DNA of 64,000 nt from Pyrodictiaceae archaeon (GTDB lineage Archaea > Thermoproteota > Thermoprotei_A > Sulfolobales > WAQK01): positions 9,901 to 73,900 of the forward strand of contig WAQK01000025.1 in NCBI GenBank assembly GCA_015520265.1, given 5' to 3'. Shown piece after piece: positions 17,540-26,441 of this stretch. Numbering within the stretch: position 1 is the first letter of the stretch; each line of letters opens with the position of its first letter. Under the pieces are notes generated by a model. It saw only the letters and a list, made by a program, of their open reading frames with translations, had not been told where the DNA came from and ran no database searches. Both the position numbers and the translations under genes were made by a program.

Positions 17540-18366
17540 GACCCACCTCCACCTTCACCCTCCTCTCTCTTCTCCGAGATGCGGCGGGACCTCCAGTAGA
17601 TGAGGTGTCCTGCGATACCCAGTAGTGTTAGGCCGAAGAGGCCCCAGCCCACGGGCTCGACTATGCTCTTCCTGACGGACACCGGAGGCTTCCTCGGGTC
17701 CTTGGGCAGGCCTTTGAACGTGCGGCTTACTTCGCCGAAGTACCCAGGATCCGTCAGTTTGCCGCTCCACTTCTTAGTCACGTACACGTAGTGGGTGCGT
17801 CCAACATAGTCATTAACACTGTCACCGTAGATGTCGTAGCCCTCACTCCTATACTTGGAGACCAGCTCGTCGTACTCACCGTAAACGAGGGCCTTGGTGG
17901 GACACGCGGAAACGCATGCCGGTTCGAGGCCGTTCTGAACCCTGTCGATGCAGAAGGTGCATTTGTACACCTTATTGGCGGCTGGATCATATTTCGGCAC
18001 GTCGTAGGGACACGCCTCTACGCAGAACTGGCAACCTATACATTTGTCGACCCTGATCACGACTGGTCCATCGGGATACACGTCGATGGCATTCACAGGA
18101 CATGCCTGTGCGCAAGGTGCATTGCTACAGTGCATACACTGGCGTTTCAACATGAGCCAAGAGAAGCCATCGGCTTCGCTCACCTCCTTGAACATTATCA
18201 GGGTCCAAGTGTTCGGCGTGAGTTCGGGTGGATTAGTATATGACATATCCGGCTGGAAGCTCGTCTCTTCCGCCCTGGTACTATTCCAGGTGTGGCAAGC
18301 CACCTGGCACGCCCTACAGCCTATACAATTATCCAGGTTCACGACTATGACCTTCTCCCCCGCCAT
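17536..18366 (-). CDS. Formate dehydrogenase-N-like beta subunit (4x[4Fe-4S], C-terminal membrane anchor)
   Basis: CIGCRACQVAC, CMHCSNAPCAQACP, CIGCQFCVEACP and CTFC..CVSACP. C-terminal TM WGLFGLTLLGIAGHLIYW. Confidence 0.85.
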   Translation of the reverse strand: MAGEKVIVVNLDNCIGCRACQVACHTWNSTRAEETSFQPDMSYTNPPELTPNTWTLIMFKEVSEADGFSWLMLKRQCMHCSNAPCAQACPVNAIDVYPDGPVVIRVDKCIGCQFCVEACPYDVPKYDPAANKVYKCTFCIDRVQNGLEPACVSACPTKALVYGEYDELVSKYRSEGYDIYGDSVNDYVGRTHYVYVTKKWSGKLTDPGYFGEVSRTFKGLPKDPRKPPVSVRKSIVEPVGWGLFGLTLLGIAGHLIYWRSRRISEKREEGEGGGGS

Positions 18367-18411
18367 TTAAATCACCCCCCATCCAGGACTCGAATTCACG
18401 TGGGCCACCTC

Positions 18412-21400
18412 CTACCTGTTAAGCTCCGTGTAGTCGTAGTCCTCAGGCGTCGCCTTCCTAACCCACGCCAGGCACGCCTTGCTTTCCTGCATCGTCGTCA
18501 CTGTATCCATGAATATCGCTGTGATCGTGTTGGCCACAGCGTAGGTCCTGTGGCCACCGGACCAGCCCCAGTGCCACGGTATGTTGGCCACGTAGACCTC
18601 GGAGCCGTTGATCCTGAGCTTCGGCAACCTCCCGGTCACCATGGCTCTTACATATATCCTGAACCTGTTGCTGCCCAGCTCCACTATGTCACCCGACTTG
18701 ATGCCCAGCTTTTCTGCCAGCTCTTTAGGTATCTCTATGAAGGGTTCTGGGAACAGCTCAGCCAGGTATGAGAGGTTCCTGGTCATCTGGCCGGTGTGGA
18801 AGTGCTCCTCCAGCCTGTTCGCGGTCAGCACTACGGGCAAGGCGTCCTCGGGCTTCTGCAACTCCTCAGGCGTTATGGCGAACCAGCCACTTATCATTTC
18901 CCAGCCGCTGGGAGGCCTTATGAGGCGGTAGTTCTCCGCTCTTCTCCAAGCCATTGCCGGATACTTGACGGCCAGCTCCTTTAGGGGTGACTCCACGGGC
19001 TCGTAGTGTATGGGGTACCTCATGTCCCAGGCCCATATCTTGCCGTCCTCACCGGGATACGCATACCACTCACCGTACCTCTCCTTCAGCTCTACGACGC
19101 AGTCCTTGAGAGGCTTGGCGGCTGTGCAGCTCTCAAGCTCGGCTGTGAACTTGTCCCTAACCTTGAGCCAGTCGAACCAGCCTACATACTTGATAGTCTT
19201 GCCGCCTATGGTCTTCTCGCCTTTGAAGTAGGGCTTCTTGTAAACGGCCTTGCCCATCAACACGACCTCGGGGTCGTAGTAGAAGCTCTCGCAGAGCGGG
19301 CACTTAACGCCCATGTCCTTGAGCGTCTTCACCTCATAGGTGCCATCTGGTCTGAACACAACGAACTTGCCAACCACCGCCTCTTCGTAAAGGAGCTTCC
19401 ACGGATCCTCAGCGCCCGTGAATAGGTCGGTCATGCCGCTCCACGCCCTCTTGTAGAACTTTCCGATGAAGAAGTTGTGTCCAGGTATGAAGGCGGGCCT
19501 CCACTCTCCGGTCAGCGGGTCCCTGATCTCGCCGGTCTCGCCAGTTATGGTCTCCGTCACTGCGCCCTTGACCCTGCTATAGATGCCGCTGGCCCTGTAC
19601 GTCCTGGTTTTTCCGAGGGTCTTCTGGAGGGTCCAAAGGTTGTATAGGATGCGCACGTTCTTGGGCCAGCTCCAGCCCCAGTTCTTATACATCAGGTACG
19701 TGTTGTCGAGTTCGCCGTCTATCTGGTCGCTGGTTCGGAGGAAATTATACCTCCTCTTCGAGAGGTTCCTATGGGCCACCCAGTCATACATACCGTTGTA
19801 TAGGTCTACTGCCAGGTCGATCTCCTTGTAGATCAGCTCAGGGTCCACGTCCCTGTAGTCGGGATCAGAGTACCTGCCAGTGGTGTACTCCATGAAGACC
19901 CGTATAGTCCTGGTGTAAAGTTCTACGGCCTCGCCCGGCTTGTAGGGATTCCTTATGATTACCCTCTCCCTGTGTTTGCCGTAAACCTCGCTGGGGAGTT
20001 CCGAGACTTTGTATTCCCTAAGGTACTCCCAGAGCTTCAACATGATCCATAGGTCGGCCCTAGCTATGCCGGGCGGCTGTACAACCCTGTCCTGCCACTG
20101 TAGCCACCTGTTGCTATTGGTTATGCTTCCATACTTTTCGTACTGGAAGGCTGCTGGCAACAGGACGTCGGCGAACCATGCGGATTCTGTTTCAAATATG
20201 TCGACAACCACGAGGAGGTCGAGCGATGCTAGGGCTAGATAGACGCTCAGCGCGGTTGCGTTGCTCACCGCTATGTTCTCGCCCATAAGGAACATGGCCC
20301 TCACGACACCGTCGAACAGGGTTCCCTGCCACCAGGTGTTCTCCGTGTATCCAGCGCCGAAGGGCAGGTCGCTGATCACTGTGCTTGCAGGGTCCCAGGG
20401 CTTGTCCTCGGGGTCCGTACCCACGAAAACTCCCCAGGTAAGCTCGAAGCGGCGCCAGTTCTGGAACCACCATGTCCACAGGATCGCCGTGGAGTTCACA
20501 GTGATGGTGCAGTTGTCGTCGTTCTCATCGCAGGACTCGTAGATCAGGCCCAGTGTTTCGCAGGTCTGCTTGCTGGGCCTCCAATGGAAGGCGTCGGGGA
20601 ACCCCTTGATCTTCCATTCCTGGTAAGCCCTGACGTGCTTGGTGCTGGGAGGTAGCTTGATGTAGCCTGGCAGGATATGGGCCAGTATGCACATGTCTGT
20701 GGTTCCCTGTACGTTGCTGTGGCCACGATAGGGGTTGAGCCCTCCGCCCGGGAACCCCATGTTGCCCAGGGTTAACTGGAGGATCGTGCTCATCCTCGTG
20801 ATCTGTGTCCCGATATGGTGCTGAGTCTGGCCCATGGCCCACTGTATGGAGGCGAACTTCTTCCACCCTGTGGTGACGCCGCTGTTCTCGACGTAGAGCC
20901 TGGCTATCTCTCTGAGCTTCTCCACCGGTGTCCCGGTTATCTTGGAGACCGTTTCGGCGTCGTACTCTTCGGCTATTTTCTTGATCTCGTCAACCTCGGC
21001 CAGGTCGATGTTGAGCCTCTCAACCATCTCCTTGAACGTGTCCAGCTGGTCTACCGGCGGACTTCTTTCGTGGAAGGCGTAGTGGAGTATGTAGAGCAGG
21101 AAGGCTATGTCGGTGCCGGGTCTGAAGAAGGCGAAGATGTCGGCTTTGGAGGCGGTTCTACCGTACTTGGGGTCCGCGACTATAAGTGTTAGTGTGCCCT
21201 TTTCTCTGCCCCTCAATGTGTGCATCATGCTGACAGGGTGGTTCTCTGCCGGGTTACCGCCAAATATGAGGTAGACGCTAATGAACTGTGTATCTATGAA
21301 GCTCTGGGTCTGAGCTCCGAACCCCACGGTTCCAGCCAGCCCGGCAACCGTGGTGGAATGGCATCTCCTCGCGTCGTGGTCTATATTGTTGCTCCCCAAC

Positions 21401-22068
21401 AGTGCCGCTATCTTCCTGATAAGGTAGCCCTCCTCGTTAAGGAGCTTAGCGCCAGCAATTATCATCATAGGGAACAGTTTGCCCTTATAGTAGTAGCCGT
21501 CGTCATGTTTAGGGCCCCACTCACCCTTCTTCTCGTAGACATCCATGATCCGCTTCATCCGCTCGGCGATGAAGCGGAACGCCTCATCCCAAGACACTGG
21601 CTTCCACACAGGCCGGTACTTCTCCATAATTTCGCGCAGCTCCTTCTGGCTCCTGGCCTTCCTCAGCTCCTCCACAGGGGGCTTAGGGTTGACCCTTATC
21701 ATGGGTGTCTTCAGGCGTCTAGGGTTCTCCGTGCCGAACAGCTGGATCGATGCTACGCCCTTGGCGCAGAGCTTGCCCTCATTAAGCGGATTGTCGGGAT
21801 CACCCTCCAAATGGATGACCTTGCCACCCATCTTGTAGAAGATGATGCCACATCCCACGGAGCAGTAGGTACAGATCCCTCTAACCTCCTGGGAGTACTC
21901 TATCTCCTTACCACCGATCTCGCCCAGCCAGTATCTCTTGGACGGAGTCTTGAACGCCAACAGACGGGTAGCCGAGCGGCCCAGAGCTACTGGAAGCGCT
22001 GCCAGTCCTACGGCTTTCAGGAAGTCCCTTCTCCTCATTTTCAGCTTCTGCTCCATTGTTCCCCCCAC
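18412..22068 (-). CDS. Tat-exported molybdopterin (bis-PGD) oxidoreductase, formate dehydrogenase alpha-like, Cys-type, unusually long (1218 aa)
   Basis: Twin-arginine signal MRRRDFLKAVGLAALP. FS0 motif CTYCSVGCGIIFY..C. Active-site-like ARRCHSTTVAG (Cys-His where FdnG has Sec-His). fdhD and fdhE flank the operon. Confidence 0.85.
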   Translation of the reverse strand: MGGTMEQKLKMRRRDFLKAVGLAALPVALGRSATRLLAFKTPSKRYWLGEIGGKEIEYSQEVRGICTYCSVGCGIIFYKMGGKVIHLEGDPDNPLNEGKLCAKGVASIQLFGTENPRRLKTPMIRVNPKPPVEELRKARSQKELREIMEKYRPVWKPVSWDEAFRFIAERMKRIMDVYEKKGEWGPKHDDGYYYKGKLFPMMIIAGAKLLNEEGYLIRKIAALLGSNNIDHDARRCHSTTVAGLAGTVGFGAQTQSFIDTQFISVYLIFGGNPAENHPVSMMHTLRGREKGTLTLIVADPKYGRTASKADIFAFFRPGTDIAFLLYILHYAFHERSPPVDQLDTFKEMVERLNIDLAEVDEIKKIAEEYDAETVSKITGTPVEKLREIARLYVENSGVTTGWKKFASIQWAMGQTQHHIGTQITRMSTILQLTLGNMGFPGGGLNPYRGHSNVQGTTDMCILAHILPGYIKLPPSTKHVRAYQEWKIKGFPDAFHWRPSKQTCETLGLIYESCDENDDNCTITVNSTAILWTWWFQNWRRFELTWGVFVGTDPEDKPWDPASTVISDLPFGAGYTENTWWQGTLFDGVVRAMFLMGENIAVSNATALSVYLALASLDLLVVVDIFETESAWFADVLLPAAFQYEKYGSITNSNRWLQWQDRVVQPPGIARADLWIMLKLWEYLREYKVSELPSEVYGKHRERVIIRNPYKPGEAVELYTRTIRVFMEYTTGRYSDPDYRDVDPELIYKEIDLAVDLYNGMYDWVAHRNLSKRRYNFLRTSDQIDGELDNTYLMYKNWGWSWPKNVRILYNLWTLQKTLGKTRTYRASGIYSRVKGAVTETITGETGEIRDPLTGEWRPAFIPGHNFFIGKFYKRAWSGMTDLFTGAEDPWKLLYEEAVVGKFVVFRPDGTYEVKTLKDMGVKCPLCESFYYDPEVVLMGKAVYKKPYFKGEKTIGGKTIKYVGWFDWLKVRDKFTAELESCTAAKPLKDCVVELKERYGEWYAYPGEDGKIWAWDMRYPIHYEPVESPLKELAVKYPAMAWRRAENYRLIRPPSGWEMISGWFAITPEELQKPEDALPVVLTANRLEEHFHTGQMTRNLSYLAELFPEPFIEIPKELAEKLGIKSGDIVELGSNRFRIYVRAMVTGRLPKLRINGSEVYVANIPWHWGWSGGHRTYAVANTITAIFMDTVTTMQESKACLAWVRKATPEDYDYTELNR

Positions 22069-22230
22069 GGAACGGACACTTATTCTATGTATAGAGTGTA
22101 TACTAACTATGATATAAAAATCTTTGTAAGTTTTTTAATGCCTTTATAGTGGTGAGATTATATTAATTTAGATATTTTTATAATTATTATAATAATAACT
22201 ACTAAAAAACAAAAATAAAGGGTCTAAGGG
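22069..22230. promoter_or_regulatory. Strongly AT-rich divergent control region upstream of the FDH operon
   Basis: A run of about 130 bp such as TATAAAAATCTTTGTAAGTTTTTTAATG...TTTTTATAATTATTATAATAATAAC, immediately upstream of the 22068 start. Confidence 0.4.
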
Positions 22231-22487
22231 AGCCCTAACCATTCAAGCCGAGACAAACCTGCTGGTTGGAAAACTTAATAGAGCCACAGTACCATTCCTT
22301 CATGGTTTAAACGCATGGGAGAGGACCCTAACTTTAATCAGCTTGTGGATGAAGACTGGTTCGCCTGGGAGGAAATGGTTCTAGGCGAGGACAGCAAGTG
22401 TAGAAAAAGAGGAAGCAAGAAACGCGACAAGTTCAAACCGCCCAATATGGATAAGGATAAACAGTAGAAGTAACGGGGAATCCTGGA

Positions 22488-22545
22488 GTGATGAGCGATC
22501 TCGGAACGGAGGGTTCAACCCAATGAAGAGCCGTGTGAGGGCTGA
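22488..22545 (+). ncRNA. Candidate C/D-box sRNA
   Basis: C box GTGATGA (22488-94), 12 nt, D' CGGA (22507-10), 12-nt spacer, C' ATGAAGA (22523-29), 12 nt, D box CTGA (22542-45). Intergenic location. Confidence 0.5.
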
Positions 22546-22616
22546 GTGGATGTACCATATGCAGCCCTGCAACTCTGCGCACGGCTAATTCCAATAATGA
22601 ACGGTGGGTCGAGGAT

Positions 22617-23381
22617 ATGGCGGGCAGGGAGCCTGAAGCCACGGATAGGCTAAGGATATTGAGATACAGTCCGGAGAAGGCGGGGTCAAAGGACGATCTC
22701 CTGGTAGAGGAGATTACTGTTACCATAACTCTCAATGGACGCGAAATGGCCCGGCTTCAGGCTCTACCAACGCATTTAGCTGAGCTGGGAGTAGGCTTCC
22801 TAGTGTCTGAAGGCTATCTTGCCAGAAATGGTGTCAGGTCCGTTAGGGTTGAGGGCGCCAATATATATGTGGAGGGGGACCTATTAGGGGAGCGGCGGAT
22901 CCTAGCAGTGGGCTCTGCATGCGGGGCCTCCGAGACCAGCTTGGACGAGCCCCAGACCAGTGTTCGTGGCGTCCTCGTGGTAGAACCAGCCACTGTGCTT
23001 TCCGTGATGAAAAAACTCTTCGAGGGGTCAAGGATCCATAACATTACGGGAGCCACGCACGCCGCGCTGTTCGCCGACGTGAACGGAAACATTCTGTTCC
23101 TGGCAGAAGATCTGGGCAGGCACAACGCTGTCGACAAGGTTGTGGGTTGGAGTGTTCTCAACAATATAGACCCTTGTAAGGGGATCCTAGCAGTCTCCGG
23201 GAGGCTGACCCTGGAAATGGTGCTGAAAGCGGTGCGGGCCGGGTTCTGCATAGTGGTTTCAAAATCGGCGACCACACTGCAAGCGGCGCTTCTTGCGAGA
23301 AAATACGGGCTGACACTGATAGGGTTCGCCCGTGGCAACTCATTCAACATTTACAGTGGCGAGGAGAGGATCGCCGTATAG
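22617..23381 (+). CDS. fdhD: Formate dehydrogenase accessory sulfurtransferase FdhD
   Basis: GRHNAVDKVVG motif and SGRLTLEMVLKA. 254 aa. Confidence 0.85.
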   Translation: MAGREPEATDRLRILRYSPEKAGSKDDLLVEEITVTITLNGREMARLQALPTHLAELGVGFLVSEGYLARNGVRSVRVEGANIYVEGDLLGERRILAVGSACGASETSLDEPQTSVRGVLVVEPATVLSVMKKLFEGSRIHNITGATHAALFADVNGNILFLAEDLGRHNAVDKVVGWSVLNNIDPCKGILAVSGRLTLEMVLKAVRAGFCIVVSKSATTLQAALLARKYGLTLIGFARGNSFNIYSGEERIAV

Positions 23382-23392
23382 CGGCTGGCCGG

Positions 23393-24547
23393 TCAGCCAA
23401 TCACCAGGTCCTCTTTTATCAGCCGCCCCTCCCTGAACCTGCCAGGACTGAAGGGCGCCATTACCGGGTGCAGATACCCCTTCTCGAGCAGGAGCGCCAT
23501 GTATTCACCCACTGCAGGCGCTAGCATGAAGCCGTGCCCACTGAAGCCAGAGGCCACTGCGAGCCCCTCAACCTCATCAACATATCCCAGCACAGGGTTA
23601 TGGTCGGGGGTCGTAGCGTAGTGGCCTGCCCATTGCCTGAGCCAGTTAACAGCGGCCAACGCAGGAATAGTTTCAACCATAGCCTTGGCCGCCCGTAAGG
23701 GGAACTGGTATGTATGCTGGTAACTCCACGTAGGCACGTCCAGCGGTGTTGCGGAGGAGAGCAAGACCTCGCCGCGCAGCGTCTGCTGGGCGTAGGCGTT
23801 GACCTTCGTATTGATGACCAGAGGCCTTATGGTTATCTTGAGGGGCTCCGTAACCATAGCCTCCTTCCGTATAGGCTCTATGGGCAGATCGACACCAGCG
23901 GTTTTTGCCAATATCCTAGTCCAGGGTCCCGCTGCTAGTATAATAGCCTTGTCCGCCTCTAGGAGGCCTACGGGGGTTTCCACGCCTACAGCTCTGCCAC
24001 TCTTAACCGTTATTTTCTCAGCCTCCACGTATTCCAGCACTTGAACTCCAAGTTTGATGCAGTTCTTCCAGTAGGCCCGTACCACGGCGTCGTGATGGTA
24101 TCTCCCATTGGTATCGGCCAGATAGCCTCCCACGATTCCCTTAAGGTTGAGGAACGGGTACCGCCTGGCCAGCTCATCCACATCCAGGATTCTGCCCTCA
24201 GGTATGCCCAGCTCCCGCCACGTCTTCATGTAGCTCCTCATGCCCTCCAGGTGCTCTTCCCTATAGAACAGCCAGAGGTAGCCCCTTCTAACGAAGAGCG
24301 TATTGTATCCCAGAACCCTGCCCAACCGGTACATCCTCTTAAGACTCTCCCATGCAAGCAGGGAGGCCTCCCTGTTGAAGAAGTGGGCCCGTGCATTAGC
24401 GGCGTTCCTAGTCGAACTCCCTGACCCTACATACCTCCTCTCCACCACTATAACTGAGGCGCCCAGCCTGGCCAGATGGTACGCTATGGAGAGCCCTACA
24501 ACCCCGCCGCCCACTATGATATAATCACTCCTCCTCGAGCTCTGCAT
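23393..24547 (-). CDS. FAD-dependent oxidoreductase (sarcosine oxidase beta / D-amino-acid or proline dehydrogenase beta-like)
   Basis: N-terminal DYIIVGGGVVGLSIAYHL dinucleotide fold. 384 aa. Operon with a 2Fe-2S protein and an alpha-like flavoprotein. Confidence 0.8.
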   Translation of the reverse strand: MQSSRRSDYIIVGGGVVGLSIAYHLARLGASVIVVERRYVGSGSSTRNAANARAHFFNREASLLAWESLKRMYRLGRVLGYNTLFVRRGYLWLFYREEHLEGMRSYMKTWRELGIPEGRILDVDELARRYPFLNLKGIVGGYLADTNGRYHHDAVVRAYWKNCIKLGVQVLEYVEAEKITVKSGRAVGVETPVGLLEADKAIILAAGPWTRILAKTAGVDLPIEPIRKEAMVTEPLKITIRPLVINTKVNAYAQQTLRGEVLLSSATPLDVPTWSYQHTYQFPLRAAKAMVETIPALAAVNWLRQWAGHYATTPDHNPVLGYVDEVEGLAVASGFSGHGFMLAPAVGEYMALLLEKGYLHPVMAPFSPGRFREGRLIKEDLVIG

Positions 24548-24800
24548 GCGCCAACACCCCTAGAGGGACGGGTCTTGCAGGAGGCCTAAAGGTTGGCAAC
24601 CTAATCTCGGAGGGGTCGAACCCGGCCTCCTCGGCCAGGATCTTGGCTACCGTTACTAAGCACTGCTTTCCCTGGCAGGGCCCGGTACCTATACCCAGCA
24701 GCCTTTTGAGATGTTCTAAGTCCCGGTAGCCCTCCTTAACAGCGCGGCGTACTTCTTCAAGCGTGACGTCCTCGCAGAAGCAGACAATAACCTTACCCAC
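24525..24800 (-). CDS. Small BFD-like [2Fe-2S]-binding protein
   Basis: CFCEDVT...GTGPCQGKQC Cys pattern. 91 aa. Confidence 0.7.
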   Translation of the reverse strand: MGKVIVCFCEDVTLEEVRRAVKEGYRDLEHLKRLLGIGTGPCQGKQCLVTVAKILAEEAGFDPSEIRLPTFRPPARPVPLGVLAHAELEEE

Positions 24801-26235
24801 TCATCAACACCCCCGCCCTTAGTGAGCTGGCCAGGGCCGCAGCTTTCTCGGCGTACTCTCTCCTGCCTTCGGCCACAAGTACATAGTAGGCTGCGAGGAG
24901 CCCTGAGGCCAAACGGTCAGCGTAGCTTAGATACCCTGCGAGGCTTCCTGCGACCCACACATTATTTAAGACCCTAAGCTTGCCGTCATGCTCCGGAACA
25001 TGGGCTCCAATCCTGGCGTCGAATCTCAGCCTAACCCCTGCCTGCGCTGCCAGTTCTAGCGCTGGATAAAACCCCTTAGCCACTGCTATATACTCGACCC
25101 CAATCCTACGCCTATTCCCGGCATCTACAATGACCCCGCTAACCTTTTTCCTGCCATACGCAGCGATGATTCGCTCACTATCCTTGGATGAGAGATCCCC
25201 ATAGGGCCCTACAATCTCCACTCCTGCCGCCTCGAGGAACGCCGCCAAGCGGGAGGCCCTCCAGCCGCGGCCAACCACGGCCACGCGGCCACTTATCTTG
25301 AAGTCGTGGTCCACGATGAGACGGCGAAACCCGTAATCATACATTATCCCGGGAAGGTCGTTGTTTTCGAAGAGGCCTGGCTCCTCATAGGCCCCAGTTG
25401 CCAGAATCAGGTACTTGAACTTCACGGCCAGATGCCTGCCACTTCTATATGACTCCCTAACGTAGGCCCCCACCAAGTTCTTGGACGGGTATAAACCGTA
25501 GGCATCTGTTGAGGTCAGGATTTTTACGCCAGCCGACCTCGCTCTCCTTGACAGCTCACGGGCAGCCTCCTGCGGCGACTCATATTCGTGCCTCTCATGG
25601 AGCCCCGCATCTTCCAGGGGGTCGAGCCTAGCATATCCGCCTAGGGTCTCCATCGAGTCTACCAGCGTAACGTTTAGGCCTTCCTCGGCCAGTAGGGAAG
25701 CCGCCGCCAGTCCCGAGAGCCCGCCGCCCACGACCAACACTTCTGCCTCGACCCGTTCCCCCTTACCGTAGTCTCCGTGCTCCTGGGGAAACCGCCCTAG
25801 ACCAACTAGCTTCTCTATCAACCTCCAGGAAAGAGGCCACACGAACCATTTGCCTGGCAAGCCTTCATACAACCCTTTGTACGATACGAGCCCCGGAAAC
25901 TTGTCGAGCACCGAGAGCAGGTCAAACTCCGCGGAGGGAAGGGCATTCTGGCTCCTAACACGCATACCCTCTTCAACCCTAGTAATACACGCCGGAACGT
26001 TCGGTATGCCGTTAACCTCTACCAGGCAGGCCCTACAGTACCCCCTACCACACTTATAACCGCGCCGCCTATGATACTTGAGGCTTCGGGAGAACGTGTA
26101 GAAGCCCGATTTCATAAGCGCCGAAGCCACAGTGTCCCCTCTTGACGCGCTGACACGTTTGCCGTCAAAACTCAGCAGGATGCGGGACTCTCCTGGAAAA
26201 CCCATCACCCACAGGGTCATTAGCTGGAACCGCAA
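24793..26235 (-). CDS. FAD/NAD(P)-binding oxidoreductase with N-terminal 2Fe-2S-like domain (sarcosine oxidase alpha / HcnB-like)
   Basis: CGRGYCRACLVEVNG...PAC near the N-terminus. VLVVGGGLSGLAAA and VAVVGRG Rossmann motifs. Confidence 0.8.
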   Translation of the reverse strand: MRFQLMTLWVMGFPGESRILLSFDGKRVSASRGDTVASALMKSGFYTFSRSLKYHRRRGYKCGRGYCRACLVEVNGIPNVPACITRVEEGMRVRSQNALPSAEFDLLSVLDKFPGLVSYKGLYEGLPGKWFVWPLSWRLIEKLVGLGRFPQEHGDYGKGERVEAEVLVVGGGLSGLAAASLLAEEGLNVTLVDSMETLGGYARLDPLEDAGLHERHEYESPQEAARELSRRARSAGVKILTSTDAYGLYPSKNLVGAYVRESYRSGRHLAVKFKYLILATGAYEEPGLFENNDLPGIMYDYGFRRLIVDHDFKISGRVAVVGRGWRASRLAAFLEAAGVEIVGPYGDLSSKDSERIIAAYGRKKVSGVIVDAGNRRRIGVEYIAVAKGFYPALELAAQAGVRLRFDARIGAHVPEHDGKLRVLNNVWVAGSLAGYLSYADRLASGLLAAYYVLVAEGRREYAEKAAALASSLRAGVLMSG

Positions 26236-26280
26236 TATGTATTTTACCGCCCTTAAAATTAAACAAAATCGCGTCCACTC

Positions 26281-26339
26281 GTGATGAATACTCCCCAGCA
26301 GGACCTCGAGGGCGGGATGACAGGAATTCCTTTAACTGA
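26281..26339 (+). ncRNA. Candidate C/D-box sRNA (weaker internal boxes)
   Basis: C box GTGATGA (26281-87), 12 nt, D'-position AGGA, 13-nt spacer containing the palindrome CCTCGAGG, C'-position ATGACAG, 12 nt, D box CTGA (26336-39). Confidence 0.35.
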
Positions 26340-26441
26340 AAACCAGAAGCGTGTCAGCTGAGACAGGTGTCCTCACGGCCCCTTTTGGCTCGGAACCCCG
26401 TCGTCTTCATCCAGATAGGTTAGTGTTGCGTAGCGGCTAAT

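Noticed and set aside
18608-22149. Several long plus-strand ORFs (for example 21220..22149 at 309 aa, and 20815..21192) antisense to the FDH alpha gene. Similar antisense ORFs occur in many other genes (for example 11228..11968, 39619..40329, 45567..46169).
   Set aside because: The opposite-strand genes have strong family motifs. The antisense translations are low-complexity (Leu/Pro/Arg/Gly-rich), as expected from codon-position GC bias.
22100-22215. The AT-rich block could be a second origin or DUE.
   Set aside because: No ORB-like dyad or G-string motifs flank it. It sits where a divergent promoter region is expected.
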